Shown here in pieces: positions 38,029 to 48,052 of a stretch of DNA of 64,000 nucleotides. Source of the stretch: an uncultured Candidatus Saccharibacteria bacterium (GTDB lineage: Bacteria; Patescibacteriota; CALEFQ01; G965231055); the NCBI GenBank assembly GCA_965231055.1, contig OZ246411.1:277041-341040 (forward strand). The letters are read 5' to 3'. Position 1 is the first letter of the stretch. The number at the start of each line of letters is the position of its first letter. The translations under genes were made by a program, and so were the position numbers. The notes below the pieces were generated by a model, which worked only from the letters and a program-made list of their open reading frames with translations, made no database searches and had not been told where the DNA came from.

Positions 38029-38403
38029 TTGCTAAAGGATTTACTAAAAAAAGATACTCATAGAACTGAAAGAGTAGGAAGTACTATCATAAAAATACTT
38101 TCCGAATTTTTTGCAAAGGAACTAGATTTTCCTGTGGGAGTTTTTGTAAACATAACAAGTGTTCAGGTTAGCGATGATCTCGAGCATGCAAAAGCTTGGC
38201 TCGCTGTTATACCAAAAACTCAAAGAAAAGAAGCTTTGGAATTTTTGAATGATAATATTTACGATATACAAGGCGAGATAAATAAAAAAATGGTTATGCG
38301 GAAGAAACCTAGGATACGATTTGTTATAGATGACAGAGAAGATAATTCAGATAGAGTAGAGGAGCTAATAAAAAAGATTCATGGAGAAGATTTTGAGAAA
38401 TAA
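38029..38403 (+). CDS. rbfA: Ribosome-binding factor A
   Basis: RTERVGSTIIKILSEFF, KH-like RbfA family. Immediately downstream of infB. Confidence 0.75.
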   Translation: MLKDLLKKDTHRTERVGSTIIKILSEFFAKELDFPVGVFVNITSVQVSDDLEHAKAWLAVIPKTQRKEALEFLNDNIYDIQGEINKKMVMRKKPRIRFVIDDREDNSDRVEELIKKIHGEDFEK

Positions 38404-39334
38404 AGTATTTGACAAGGTGCTTTCTCACAAAAGTCTCGCAATTCTAATACACACTTCGCCAGACGCCGATGCCGTGGGATCGGGACTAGCTATGCAGAAA
38501 GCTCTTGAAAAAAAGAATATAAAATCAGAAGTTTTTTGCAATGATTTTATCCCAAAAGAATATAGATTCATGTCCGGATGGCATAGAATAAAAAATAAGT
38601 TAGACACTGATGCCGAAGCGATGCTTGTGTTGGATACTGGGGGAGAAGAAAAAATAGGATTCAAAAATTTCAGAAAATTTTCCGTACCGGTTTATTCTAT
38701 TGATCATCATATTCAAAGCAATCGTTATTATATAGATGCATATGTGGATCCTGATGTTTCTTCCACGTCAGAAATAATCTATGATCTTTTTATAGATTAT
38801 GGTTTGGAGATTGATAAAGATATGGCCAATTGTCTTTTGGCGGGGATCATATATGATACGCAGTATTTTCAGCATACAACCGTGAGTGATAAACTTTTTT
38901 GTATCGCATCTGATCTTGTTGGAAAAGGAGCGAGACTTCCAAAGATAAATAGTCACATGAATGAAAAAAGATCTGTCGAAGTTTTGAGACTTTGGGGTAG
39001 AATTATTGAGAGAATGAAATTTGATAGAGACTTGGGATTCACTTCCACTGCAATATTGTCTGAAGACACAAAAGCAATGGGGGATGATCTTTCTGGGCTA
39101 AAAGGTTTGAGTTCGCTTCTGAATTCTATCAACGGTTCTTCTGCTTCTGTTATTTTGAAAGAAGATGAAAAAGGTACTATACAGGGCTCTCTTCGTTCAG
39201 ATGAATTCAAACACCCAAATATAAATGTAGCAGATATCGCAAATGAATTTGGTGGTGGTGGACATAAGTATGCTTCAGGTTTCAGAAAAAAAGGAAAAGT
39301 GGTGGAAACAAAATCAAACTGGGAAATTATCTAA
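38381..39334 (+). CDS. DHH-family phosphoesterase (NrnA-like oligoribonuclease/pAp phosphatase)
   Basis: DHH motif region ILIHTSPDADAVGSGLAM. DHHA1-like GGGH near the C-terminus. Confidence 0.7.
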   Translation: MEKILRNKVFDKVLSHKSLAILIHTSPDADAVGSGLAMQKALEKKNIKSEVFCNDFIPKEYRFMSGWHRIKNKLDTDAEAMLVLDTGGEEKIGFKNFRKFSVPVYSIDHHIQSNRYYIDAYVDPDVSSTSEIIYDLFIDYGLEIDKDMANCLLAGIIYDTQYFQHTTVSDKLFCIASDLVGKGARLPKINSHMNEKRSVEVLRLWGRIIERMKFDRDLGFTSTAILSEDTKAMGDDLSGLKGLSSLLNSINGSSASVILKEDEKGTIQGSLRSDEFKHPNINVADIANEFGGGGHKYASGFRKKGKVVETKSNWEII

Positions 39335-39346
39335 TAATCAAAAAAT

Positions 39347-39922
39347 ATGAATCTAATTCCAACAGTTATAGAAAAATCAAACTATGGAGAACGCGCTTAC
39401 GATATTTACTCACGACTTCTAAAAGAGCGAATAGTTTTTTTGGGAGCTCCTATTGATGATGATGTAGCAAACAATGTTATAGCTCAGCTTCTTTTCTTGG
39501 CTTCAGAAGATCCAAAAAAAGAAATCAGTCTATATCTAAATACTCCTGGAGGATCTGTGACTTCTGCTCTTGCGATTTATGACACGATGCAACACATAAA
39601 ACCGGCTGTTTCTACTATTTGTGTGGGACTTGCAGCTTCGGGGGGAGCCATACTGCTTTCTGGGGGAGAAAAAGGAAAAAGATTTGCTCTTCCAAATTCA
39701 GAAATCATGATTCATCAGCCACTCGGAGGAACCGAAGGACAAGCTGTGGACGTTCACATCAGAGCTCAGCACATGATCAAGATAAAAGAGAGACTTGAGA
39801 AAATTTTGGCAAAACATACGGGAAAGCCTATGAATAAAATACGACAAGATACAGATAGAGACTATTTCATGTCTGCCGAAGAAGCCAAAAAATATGGAAT
39901 TATAGACAAAGTTCTCGAATAA
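39347..39922 (+). CDS. clpP: ATP-dependent Clp protease proteolytic subunit
   Basis: [24 protein letters not shown] and catalytic Ser in GLAASGGA. Confidence 0.95.
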   Translation: MNLIPTVIEKSNYGERAYDIYSRLLKERIVFLGAPIDDDVANNVIAQLLFLASEDPKKEISLYLNTPGGSVTSALAIYDTMQHIKPAVSTICVGLAASGGAILLSGGEKGKRFALPNSEIMIHQPLGGTEGQAVDVHIRAQHMIKIKERLEKILAKHTGKPMNKIRQDTDRDYFMSAEEAKKYGIIDKVLE

Positions 39923-39940
39923 ATTTCAAACAATAAAAAT

Positions 39941-39967
39941 CGCAGATTAAACCCTGCGGTTTTTTTG
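39941..39967 (+). terminator. Intrinsic terminator after clpP
   Basis: CGCAG-attaaaccc-TGCG followed by GTTTTTTT. Confidence 0.6.
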
Positions 39968-40036
39968 TCCTTTACTTTTTATTCAATATTTGGTTGAGTG
40001 GGGGTAAACATACGTTCTTTGAAAAGGGGGTGTCTT

Positions 40037-40495
40037 ATGGAATGTGAGTTTTGTAATAAAGAGATATCGGGAGTAATTGTCTTTGTTCCTTCTTTGCCAC
40101 ATATTCGTGATGGATCAATTACGAGTTCTGCATGCAAAGAATGTGCTATTGCAAAAAAGATTTTCTGTGAAAAACACCAAACTTCTCATCAAGGTTTCAA
40201 GGATGAAACCACGGCTTGTAAAAAATGCATCAATGAATTGACTAGACGAAGTTTTGGGTGTTATTGGAGGTTTCTGGAAAGATTCTGTGAGCTTTTTTCT
40301 GCTGAGGAATTCGCGCGAATCAAGGAGTGGATTCAAGCAGTATCTCATAACGAAGAAGTTCACAGTTATTGTGTTGTTCGTGCTATGGCGTCTGTATCTT
40401 TGCGTACTGGAATGACCATGAAAGACATTTATAAAAAAATGGTTAAAGATAAAAATGCTCTTCTGATCATTCCCAGTGACTGGATGCTTGTGTAG
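40037..40495 (+). CDS. Cys-rich hypothetical protein (zinc-ribbon-like CxxC pairs), higher GC
   Basis: AAGGGGGTG RBS then ATG 40037. MECEFCNKE...CKEC...CKKC. Followed by AAAATTTCGTTCATCG and a hairpin. Confidence 0.4.
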   Translation: MECEFCNKEISGVIVFVPSLPHIRDGSITSSACKECAIAKKIFCEKHQTSHQGFKDETTACKKCINELTRRSFGCYWRFLERFCELFSAEEFARIKEWIQAVSHNEEVHSYCVVRAMASVSLRTGMTMKDIYKKMVKDKNALLIIPSDWMLV

Positions 40496-40606
40496 AAAAT
40501 TTCGTTCATCGCTAATATCCTCCTTGCCCTAAAGGAGGATTTGCTTTTTTATGAGGATGGTGTAGAAATGAGATATTGAATAAACACCATCATGAGGGGG
40601 TTATTT

Positions 40607-40837
40607 ATGGGCTTTTTTCTGACTATCCTGCTATTCATACTCGCAGAAGACACCTTTCGTGTTGTGAAAAAAATCCCTAAACAGATCATTGCGAGTGCGT
40701 TGGTCTCAGTGATCGGTATTGTTCTTTATTGCGTTGGGGTCAGCGGGTTTGCATTTGCATGCATTCCCATTTCTGCACTATTTTTGTATGTATCCAGGGG
40801 TAAAGAGGTGATGTATGGTAAGGAAAACTCCACGTGA
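40607..40837 (+). CDS. Small membrane protein
   Basis: AGGGGG RBS. Two TM helices. Confidence 0.3.
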   Translation: MGFFLTILLFILAEDTFRVVKKIPKQIIASALVSVIGIVLYCVGVSGFAFACIPISALFLYVSRGKEVMYGKENST

Positions 40838-41027
40838 ACTGACTCCAAGAGAGCATCGTTTACTCTTGTTATCGGTTGAAACCACCTTACAAGGTGCGAA
40901 TGCATCTTGTGCTATTGAGGGTGAGGGCATAGATCCTATGCTACTCCCCACTGCCGAATCTTTGCTCATAGGAAAGACCATGCAAGAGCTTCATGATATG
41001 GCTGTAAATGCTCATATTATAGAATAG
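40815..41027 (+). CDS. Hypothetical small protein (70 aa)
   Basis: Overlaps the upstream ORF by 23 nt. Followed by the same AAAATTTCGTTCATCG and hairpin as ORF 40037. Confidence 0.3.
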   Translation: MVRKTPRELTPREHRLLLLSVETTLQGANASCAIEGEGIDPMLLPTAESLLIGKTMQELHDMAVNAHIIE

Positions 41028-41337
41028 CGTGGTTAAACAAAATTTCGTTCATCGGGGTGCTATTGCTTTAAATAGCACCCTTTTTCTTTTGAATTGACAT
41101 TTCTCTTCTAAAAAAGTAACATAGCTTTAGGTCGTATTATTATTAGATTAAGGAACGGCTAAACTAATCTTGATGAAATGGTTGAAAAGGATACTTATTT
41201 TGAATTTGATTACACAAACAAGTTTTCTTACTCCCTTTGAGATATAATTGATAACCCTTCTCACCCCGATTCGTAAAAGCAAAAGGGATAAAAACTACAA
41301 TTAGGTTCATCCAGCAGGTTGGTTTTGCCGTCCATGT

Positions 41338-42879
41338 TTGAACAAAAAAATGACAACTACACTAGGAATAGTGCTCTTAATTGTTGGTATCGCCGGAGGC
41401 ACCGGGATTGGTTTTGTTATTAGACAATCAATCGCAAAAGGCAAGGCAGCATCAGCTGAAGCCAAGGCAAACAAAATCATTGATGATGCAAAAGCAAAAG
41501 AAAAAGATTTATTGCTTCGTGCCAAAGAAAAATCAATCGCAGTTATAGATGAAGCAAAAAAGGAAGAACACGATAGGCGAAGAAATATAGCTGATCTTGA
41601 AAACAGGCTAAGTAAAAGAGAAGAAGCTGTAGAAAAACGCTATCTTGAACTTGATTCAAAAAGAGAAGAGCTTATAAAAAAAGCTGAAAAAGTAAAAGAA
41701 ATAAAAAAGCAACTTGAAGATCTAAAACAAGAGCAACTTGAAAAATTGGAAAAAGTTGCTGGTTTTAGTAGGGAAAAAGCTAAGGATGTACTGATTCAAA
41801 ATGTTGAAAAAGATATGAAAGATGTAGTAGCTAGCAGGATAGAAAAACTTGAGCGAGAAGGCGAAGAAAGATTTGAAGGCAAAGCTAGAGAAATCTTGAA
41901 CTTAGCAATCCAAAAAATTGCGAGCTCCCACACATCTGAGACAACCGCTACTACAGTTGCACTTCCTTCAGATGAAATGAAAGGTAGAATTATAGGAAGA
42001 GAAGGAAGAAATATCAAAGCTATAGAAAATCTTACCGGAGTTGAAATAGTGGTTGATGATACTCCTGAGGCGATAGTGATTTCCGGATTTAGTCCTATCA
42101 GAAGACAGATCGCAAAAATGGCGCTCGAAAAACTTATTCATGATGGACGAATTCACCCAACTCGCATAGAAGAAGCAGTGAAGGAAGCGAAAGAAACCGT
42201 AGCCAAGCATGTAAAAGAAGCAGGCGAGGCAGTGGTTTATGATCTTGGAATTACAGGAGTTGATCCGAAACTTGTTCAGCTTATAGGTAGACTAAAGTTT
42301 AGAACAAGTTATGGACAAAATGTATTGAAACATACTTTGGAAGTAGCTCATCTTGCTGGAATTATAGCCGGAGAACTTGGACTAAATGTAAGACTCGCCA
42401 AGGAAGCAGGACTTTTCCATGACATAGGAAAAGCGGTGGATCATGAAGTAGAAGGAACTCATACAGAAATTGGAGCCAAGCTTTTGAAGAAATTTGGAAT
42501 AGATGAAAAAGTGATAAAGACAGCTATGGCCCATCACGAAGATATTCCTTATGAAACTCCTGAAGCTAGGGTGGTACAGGCTGCGGATGCTATTTCATCT
42601 TCAAGGCCTGGAGCCAGAAGAGATAGTTACGAAGATTATATAAAGAGACTTGGAGATCTTGAAAAAATTGCTTCTGGATTTGATGGAGTTGATAAGACTT
42701 ATGCCATTCAAGCTGGAAGAGAAATCAGAGTATTTGTAAAACCCAACGAAATAGACGACAGCAAATCAAAAATACTCGCAAAAGATATTGCAGAAAGAAT
42801 TGAAGAGGATCTCAAATATCCTGGAGAAATCAAAGTCCATGTTATCAGAGAAACCAGAGTTATTGACTTCGCGCGCTAA
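41338..42879 (+). CDS. rny: Ribonuclease Y
   Basis: N-terminal TM, coiled coil, KH domain, and HD domain (HxxEVAHLAGIIA...HDIGK). Start probably ATG 41350. Confidence 0.9.
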   Translation: MNKKMTTTLGIVLLIVGIAGGTGIGFVIRQSIAKGKAASAEAKANKIIDDAKAKEKDLLLRAKEKSIAVIDEAKKEEHDRRRNIADLENRLSKREEAVEKRYLELDSKREELIKKAEKVKEIKKQLEDLKQEQLEKLEKVAGFSREKAKDVLIQNVEKDMKDVVASRIEKLEREGEERFEGKAREILNLAIQKIASSHTSETTATTVALPSDEMKGRIIGREGRNIKAIENLTGVEIVVDDTPEAIVISGFSPIRRQIAKMALEKLIHDGRIHPTRIEEAVKEAKETVAKHVKEAGEAVVYDLGITGVDPKLVQLIGRLKFRTSYGQNVLKHTLEVAHLAGIIAGELGLNVRLAKEAGLFHDIGKAVDHEVEGTHTEIGAKLLKKFGIDEKVIKTAMAHHEDIPYETPEARVVQAADAISSSRPGARRDSYEDYIKRLGDLEKIASGFDGVDKTYAIQAGREIRVFVKPNEIDDSKSKILAKDIAERIEEDLKYPGEIKVHVIRETRVIDFAR

Positions 42880-42932
42880 ATAAATTTTCACTTTTAATCT
42901 TCATCCTTATTATTCATCTCTAATATATAATC

Positions 42933-43724
42933 ATGAACATATTATTTTTTGGAGACATTGTGGCAAGAGCAGGGAGAAGAGCTGTGAAAGAAGCGCTACC
43001 AAAGCTTCGTGAAAAGTATTCACCAGATTTGGTAATAGCAAATGTTGAAAACCTGGCCCATGGTACAGGAATAAGTTTGGATCCCATAAAGGAAATGATG
43101 GATGCTGGTATTCAGGTGATGACATCTGGAAATCATGTTTTCAAAAACAAAGAAGGTATAAATCTATTGGACGATAAAAATATCCCGATAATTCGCCCTG
43201 CCAATTACCCCGAAAAAGTTCCTGGCAGGGGTTTTATTTTTGTGGAAGTTGGGAGTAGGAGAGTGATGGTGATAAATGTTTTGGGACAAGTCTTTTTTGA
43301 TGAAGGACTTGATTCACCATTTGAAAAAATAGAAAAGATTTTGGAACAGACAAAATCAGAAAAGAAAGACTCTATAATTATTGATGCGCATACCGAAGCA
43401 ACGAGTGAGGCCAAAGCGCTAGGATACTTTCTTGATGGCAAAGTGAGTGCCGTGTTTGGAACTCATAGTCATATACCTACCGCTGATGAACAAATTCTTC
43501 CAAAAGGAACTGCGTATATAACTGATGCAGGAATGTGTGGTGCAAAGAATTCTGTGCTTGGAGTAAGTATCGAAAGTAGCCTAAGTCATTTTCTGACCAA
43601 GATGCCATCTACTTTTGAAAGGCCAGAAGCTACCTCTTTGGTTCAGGGCGTTGCCTTGGAAATTGATGATGAAACAATGAAACCCAAGAAGATAGAGAGA
43701 TTTGAGGAAACTGTCACGATGTAA
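42933..43724 (+). CDS. ymdB: YmdB-like (TIGR00282) metallophosphoesterase
   Basis: MNILFFGDIVARAGRRAV...ANVENLAHGTGIS. Conserved rny-ymdB pairing. Confidence 0.8.
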   Translation: MNILFFGDIVARAGRRAVKEALPKLREKYSPDLVIANVENLAHGTGISLDPIKEMMDAGIQVMTSGNHVFKNKEGINLLDDKNIPIIRPANYPEKVPGRGFIFVEVGSRRVMVINVLGQVFFDEGLDSPFEKIEKILEQTKSEKKDSIIIDAHTEATSEAKALGYFLDGKVSAVFGTHSHIPTADEQILPKGTAYITDAGMCGAKNSVLGVSIESSLSHFLTKMPSTFERPEATSLVQGVALEIDDETMKPKKIERFEETVTM

Positions 43725-43871
43725 TGAATTTTGGATGTGAGATGCGTCTTACTTTCAGAATTTAACTAATCTAGTTTTTAACTTTTGCTTTTGTTGTTTT
43801 TCTGCTATACTAAGCTAAAAGTTATCCACAATGACTTTTTTCAAACGGATTCATTAACAAAAAAGCGTATA

Positions 43872-44120
43872 ATGGAAAACACCAATAAATCCCTTATTTA
43901 TGCGGTTATCGTGCTTATATGCGCTATTGTTGCAACTGTGGTTCTGGTATTCACTCCAAAGACCGAAAAACAGACGGATCTAAAAGCAGTTGAAGCAGAA
44001 TTTATAAATACCAACGATACAAAAAAAGAAGTTGATAATACAGAAAATATAGAGCAAACACAAGACACCGCCGAAGATGAAATTCCTAAACCAGATATCT
44101 CAGAGGAATATTCAATGTAA
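43872..44120 (+). CDS. Small membrane-anchored acidic protein (track ORF 43785 with later ATG)
   Basis: MENTNKSLIYAVIVLICAIVATVVLVF TM helix then an acidic tail. Confidence 0.3.
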   Translation: MENTNKSLIYAVIVLICAIVATVVLVFTPKTEKQTDLKAVEAEFINTNDTKKEVDNTENIEQTQDTAEDEIPKPDISEEYSM

Positions 44121-44158
44121 AATAAATAATTAATATAAAGAAAGGGGGTGCTAAAAAA

Positions 44159-44434
44159 ATGACAAAATCAGAATTAATCGAGCAAATCGCAACTTCAACA
44201 GGTCTTTCAAAAAGAGATGTTGAAACAGTTGTTGAGTCAGTACTTGAAACAATTACCAAGACTCTAACTAGCGGTGGTGAAGTAACTATTACAGGATTCG
44301 GTAGCTTCTCTGTATCAGACAGAAAAGCAAGAGAAGGAGTGAACCCACAAAATCCTTCACAGAAGATTCATATCCCTGCAACTAAGGTTCCAAAATTCAA
44401 AGCAGGAAAAAGTCTCAAGGACGCAGTTAAATAA
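44159..44434 (+). CDS. hup: DNA-binding protein HU
   Basis: MTKSELIEQIA...GFGSF...R.GRNP.T, the HU/IHF signature. Strong AAAGGGGGTG RBS. Confidence 0.9.
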   Translation: MTKSELIEQIATSTGLSKRDVETVVESVLETITKTLTSGGEVTITGFGSFSVSDRKAREGVNPQNPSQKIHIPATKVPKFKAGKSLKDAVK

Positions 44435-44446
44435 TTCAGTTCAACA

Positions 44447-44474
44447 AAACACCCCGTTAATCGGGGTGTTTTTT
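44447..44474 (+). terminator. Intrinsic terminator after hup
   Basis: AACACCCCG-ttaat-CGGGGTGTT followed by TTTT. Confidence 0.8.
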
Positions 44475-44560
44475 ATTGACTAAATGTGTTTTATTAAGTA
44501 CGATAGCACAGTCATCGAGCTAAAAGTTACAAGGGAGGTGTTGCATTTAGGAAGATACTA

Positions 44561-44637
44561 TCGGGGCGTGGCGCAGCTGGCTAGCGCGCTTGGTTTGGGA
44601 CCAAGAGGCCCTGGGTTCAAATCCCAGCGCCCCGACC
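44561..44637 (+). tRNA. tRNA-Pro (UGG)
   Basis: Acceptor CGGGGCG/CGCCCCG, anticodon loop TTTGGGA, T-loop GGTTCAAATCC, CCA encoded. Confidence 0.85.
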
Positions 44638-44738
44638 AACTTTCTTCTATCGTGGAACGAAGAGAGATATATAAGAGTTAAAAATTATAAATCAGTGTGG
44701 CTGTATCCGTTGTGGCTTTTGTGAACTTAAACCGAATA

Positions 44739-44815
44739 CGGGGATTGGCCTAGTGGCTTAAGGCGCCACGTTCGGGACGTGGAGATCGGGAGTTCAAGTC
44801 TCCCATCCCCGACCA
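44739..44815 (+). tRNA. tRNA-Pro (CGG)
   Basis: Acceptor CGGGGAT/ATCCCCG, anticodon stem CCACG/CGTGG with loop TTCGGGA, T-loop AGTTCAAGTCT. Confidence 0.85.
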
Positions 44816-44936
44816 ACTTTCGATGAGCCTTGGCTCTAGAACAGAAAACCATAGTGATTCTATGTTGAGGGGTGGTAGTGGGGGAGCAAGTACTTTTTAA
44901 AAAATATAGTATAATATAAATAGTTAAAACTAATTT

Positions 44937-45011
44937 GCGGGTGTCGTACAATGGTTAGTACGCTAGCCTTCCAAGCTTGCGATGACGGTTCGATTCCGTT
45001 CACCCGCTCCA
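44937..45011 (+). tRNA. tRNA-Gly (UCC)
   Basis: Acceptor GCGGGTG/CACCCGC, anticodon loop CTTCCAA, T-loop GGTTCGATTCC, CCA encoded. Confidence 0.8.
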
Positions 45012-45134
45012 CAAGAATATCGCTTAAACAGGCGGTATTTTTGTATACCCCTAGGCGAAAGTAGAACTTTTATATTATTAAAATAAAAAGAGCTTCGGCG
45101 TGAAGCTCCTTCTTTAATCGTGCGAAAGGTGCGG

Positions 45135-45665
45135 TTATAAGTTTATGGCTGATATGATTTGTTGCCACAGAATATTGCCACCGCTTGCAACCATAGCGGG
45201 AGTTTGGTTGAAGATTGTGGCGTCGCGAAAGTATTGTTCATCAATTATGCTTGCGACTGCTGAAAATTTGTGTTTGCTGATAAGTGTTGCGATGAATTGG
45301 ATTTCAGCCTCTTTAATCTCTGCTACATCGTTGTTAAAGATTGGTGCAAGAATGATTTCGCTTGTGTCCATTTTTTCACAAGCTATGTCTAATACTTTCT
45401 GACATTCTTTTTTGTGCCATCCCTTTGTGAGTCTGTCGAGAGGGAGAAAGATGACAACTTTATCGTAATCTCTTTTCCATTCCGCTATGCTTTCGATAAA
45501 CTCGTCCAGATAGCTATTGTCTTGGTATACGAAAAGTGGTTGGGTGAACGCTACGCATTTACAAGCACTTGCAATTGCGCACTCGATTACCTCGACGACA
45601 GTAGCTAACAAGCTATCGAATGCATTAGATCCATCGATAATCCAAATCAAAAGAACATTTTTCAT
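45135..45665 (-). CDS. Hypothetical alpha/beta (Rossmann-like?) protein, higher GC; first gene of the tRNA-adjacent islet
   Basis: 176-aa ORF. Terminator hairpin (GAGCTTC-ggcgtg-GAAGCTC plus T-run on the minus strand) at 45090-45122. Confidence 0.4.
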   Translation of the reverse strand: MKNVLLIWIIDGSNAFDSLLATVVEVIECAIASACKCVAFTQPLFVYQDNSYLDEFIESIAEWKRDYDKVVIFLPLDRLTKGWHKKECQKVLDIACEKMDTSEIILAPIFNNDVAEIKEAEIQFIATLISKHKFSAVASIIDEQYFRDATIFNQTPAMVASGGNILWQQIISAINL

Positions 45666-45860
45666 AAACCCCCTTGGTTTAACTGTTTTTACGGGAATAT
45701 CCTGAATAACAGGTTAGAATACAATACTTTACTGCGTTTGTCAATCACATTGCAATATACAAGTTCTAACATCCCCCACCACGGAGCTCCAGGGCTTTAT
45801 TCACGACTCCGTCGCGGTCTGCGCCCTGTGAACTAATAAAAAATACCGCCAAATCTGGTT

Positions 45861-46118
45861 GTGTTTTTTTGTATAGTTTATAGGACAGAAAAACATCTTG
45901 ACAAAGTTGCCAGGGCTCTGGCTGCTGTAGCAATAACTATGTTTGTAGCTACGATACTTGAGATGGACAGATATCTGGGACTATTACCCGATGAATATTC
46001 TAATATCATTTTTGCTATTTCTCGTTTTATTGGACTTGGATTTTTAGTTATTGCGCTTGGAATATTTTTGAGAATCACCAATGATGTTGCAAAAAAAAAG
46101 CAAGATGATCAAAAGTAG
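45861..46118 (+). CDS. Small membrane protein
   Basis: Two hydrophobic helices. Start uncertain. Confidence 0.25.
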   Translation: MFFCIVYRTEKHLDKVARALAAVAITMFVATILEMDRYLGLLPDEYSNIIFAISRFIGLGFLVIALGIFLRITNDVAKKKQDDQK

Positions 46119-46333
46119 AACATTTTTAGAGTATTAAAATTAGTCAAATATTTAAAGATAGAAAAAGGGACAGCACGTAGGGGCTGTTCTTTTATTTGAC
46201 AAAATGTATGCGGGAGTTATTATGTAGACAATAATAAGGGGTAGAAGGAGGGTTCTACGTCAGTTTTGCCCGAGCTCTTTCCCAAGATTTTAAAACGAGA
46301 CCAGAGTCTCACATTTTGTCAGGAGGTGCGGTG

Positions 46334-46585
46334 ATGAGTGTAGCAGTGTTTGTTGAAGTGAAGAGTTTGGGTGTGTGTTTGTGCGGAAAACCAGCGAAAC
46401 AGCATCCAAAGTATCGGAGTGGCAGAGTCTGCAGTGTAAATTGCGGACGAAAATCGTGGTATACTAATTATTGTTGGAATTGCGGTACAATGGTTGATTC
46501 ACGAATCCACATAAAGGATACAGAATCAGGATATTATTTTTGTCCTGATTGTGGATGCTCTGCTCCGCCAAAAGATGACAAATAG
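46334..46585 (+). CDS. Cys-rich zinc-ribbon protein (83 aa)
   Basis: AGGAGG RBS 7 nt upstream of ATG 46334. CLCGKP...CSVNCG...CWNCG...CPDCGC. Confidence 0.4.
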   Translation: MSVAVFVEVKSLGVCLCGKPAKQHPKYRSGRVCSVNCGRKSWYTNYCWNCGTMVDSRIHIKDTESGYYFCPDCGCSAPPKDDK

Positions 46586-46611
46586 TCATTAGATCTCTTT
46601 TTAACTCGCGT

Positions 46612-46640
46612 GGATCCGACTTCGGTTGGATCCTTTTTTA
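46612..46640 (+). terminator. Intrinsic terminator (GGATCCGAC-ttcg-GTTGGATCC then T-run)
   Basis: Stable hairpin with a TTCG tetraloop, then TTTTTTATTT. Confidence 0.7.
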
Positions 46641-46752
46641 TTTCAAATTTTTCAGTAAAATGGGTGTAATTTTACGGTTGGATTAATTATACAGTGGTGT
46701 TAAGAAAAAGCCGGCACTTGTAGTGTCGGCTTGATTTTGAGTTATAAGAGCT

Positions 46753-46998
46753 TTATTTTTTACCGCGCGAGTTTATTTGCCTGAGTTTCTGTTGGCACCT
46801 GCTTCTGATTCGCGCATCTTTTGTTTTTAAAAGGAGCAATTTTATTTGTCGCGGTTCTTTTGCGATCATGATGGCGCGTCTCATGAGAGCTCTTCTGTTG
46901 CATCTCGTGTACTCAATTAATATCATTACGCCTTCAAATGTTTTACAAAAGCTCAGTATCTTACATTCAACCGCAAAATCGAAAACCGTCTTTGCCAT
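46753..46998 (-). CDS. Hypothetical basic protein (81 aa)
   Basis: AGGAGG 10 nt upstream of minus-strand ATG 46998 (MAKTVFDF...). Arg/Lys-rich C-terminus. Confidence 0.3.
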   Translation of the reverse strand: MAKTVFDFAVECKILSFCKTFEGVMILIEYTRCNRRALMRRAIMIAKEPRQIKLLLLKTKDARIRSRCQQKLRQINSRGKK

Positions 46999-47191
46999 AC
47001 TCTTCATGCCTCCTTTGAAGTATTGAATTTTAGTTCCCCGATACATTTCCTGAATATGTTTTGAAGACTATTATGATCAAGGCTTTGTGTCAATAAATCG
47101 ATTTATCTTAGTTCTTTGTTTGACTTGAAGGGTTTTTGAGAGTAGTTTTTACTTGTTCTTTCATACAAACCAAAAAAGGAGGAGAATACTC

Positions 47192-47617
47192 GTGAAAAGA
47201 CTTATTTCCTTGGATTATGCTTTTTTTTCTGTTTTTGCATTTCTCGTGTGCGCCCTTTATTCGGCACCGATTTACTTTTTTCACATCCTGAGGACGGGGG
47301 CATTTCCAGATACTACGGCTGTCAAATATTTAGAAAATGTTTTAGTTCTGAATTCTCTGTTTTTAGCAGTCTCTATCTGTCTCAGCATTGGGTTTGCAAA
47401 AGTAATTCACTATGCCGTCAAAAAGATTTTTGTGGTTGATGCTTTCCTGGAGGCAATCATTGTCTTGATCTTTTTGGTGGTGACCACGGTTTGTCTGATC
47501 TATTTCGAAGCTGGTATCCTGCACTCACTTGTGTTTTCGATCCTATTCTTCTTCATTTATATATGGATCAGGTTTGAACCAAATAAAGTGAATTGGGCAG
47601 CTTATCTTGGGTTTTGA
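47192..47617 (+). CDS. Hypothetical polytopic membrane protein
   Basis: AAGGAGGAG RBS then GTG 47192. Four TM helices. Confidence 0.4.
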   Translation: MKRLISLDYAFFSVFAFLVCALYSAPIYFFHILRTGAFPDTTAVKYLENVLVLNSLFLAVSICLSIGFAKVIHYAVKKIFVVDAFLEAIIVLIFLVVTTVCLIYFEAGILHSLVFSILFFFIYIWIRFEPNKVNWAAYLGF

Positions 47618-47660
47618 TCCGTAAACAACACACTTTTTTATCTCGCTATTTTACGACATA

Positions 47661-47687
47661 AAAACTCTCACCAAGTGAGAGTTTTTT
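47661..47687 (+). terminator. Intrinsic terminator
   Basis: AAACTCTCAC-caag-GTGAGAGTTTTTT. Confidence 0.75.
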
Positions 47688-48052
47688 AAATTCTACTATT
47701 TGTTCTGCAAGAGAGGCGAGGCCTTGATTGAAAGGGTGGTCAAATAATTGAGACCCTTTATGCCGGCCACGAAAGCTAAACTAAGGTAGTAGCTTTCTAA
47801 GATCCGGTTATCTTGGGTAAAAAGGTATATAACCCTTTAACCCTTGATTGGACTCTCCCTTGCAGAACAGATGGCATAATCGTTTTTTTCACGACCTATA
47901 GGCTCTGACACATCAACCTCAGGAGGGTGAGGAAGAAAATCATTGCCTATAGATGGTGAAAAAAAGCTTTTTTGATTACATTATATGTTATCATAACTCT
48001 TATATTTTGTCAAGTATATTGGTGTTTATTGGCTTAAAACATGGGTTTGAGT

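Noticed and set aside
44484-44951. Track ORFs 44484-44681 (+) and 44727-44951 (-).
   Set aside because: They overlap the three tRNA genes (Pro, Pro, Gly) and are artefacts of the tRNA sequences.
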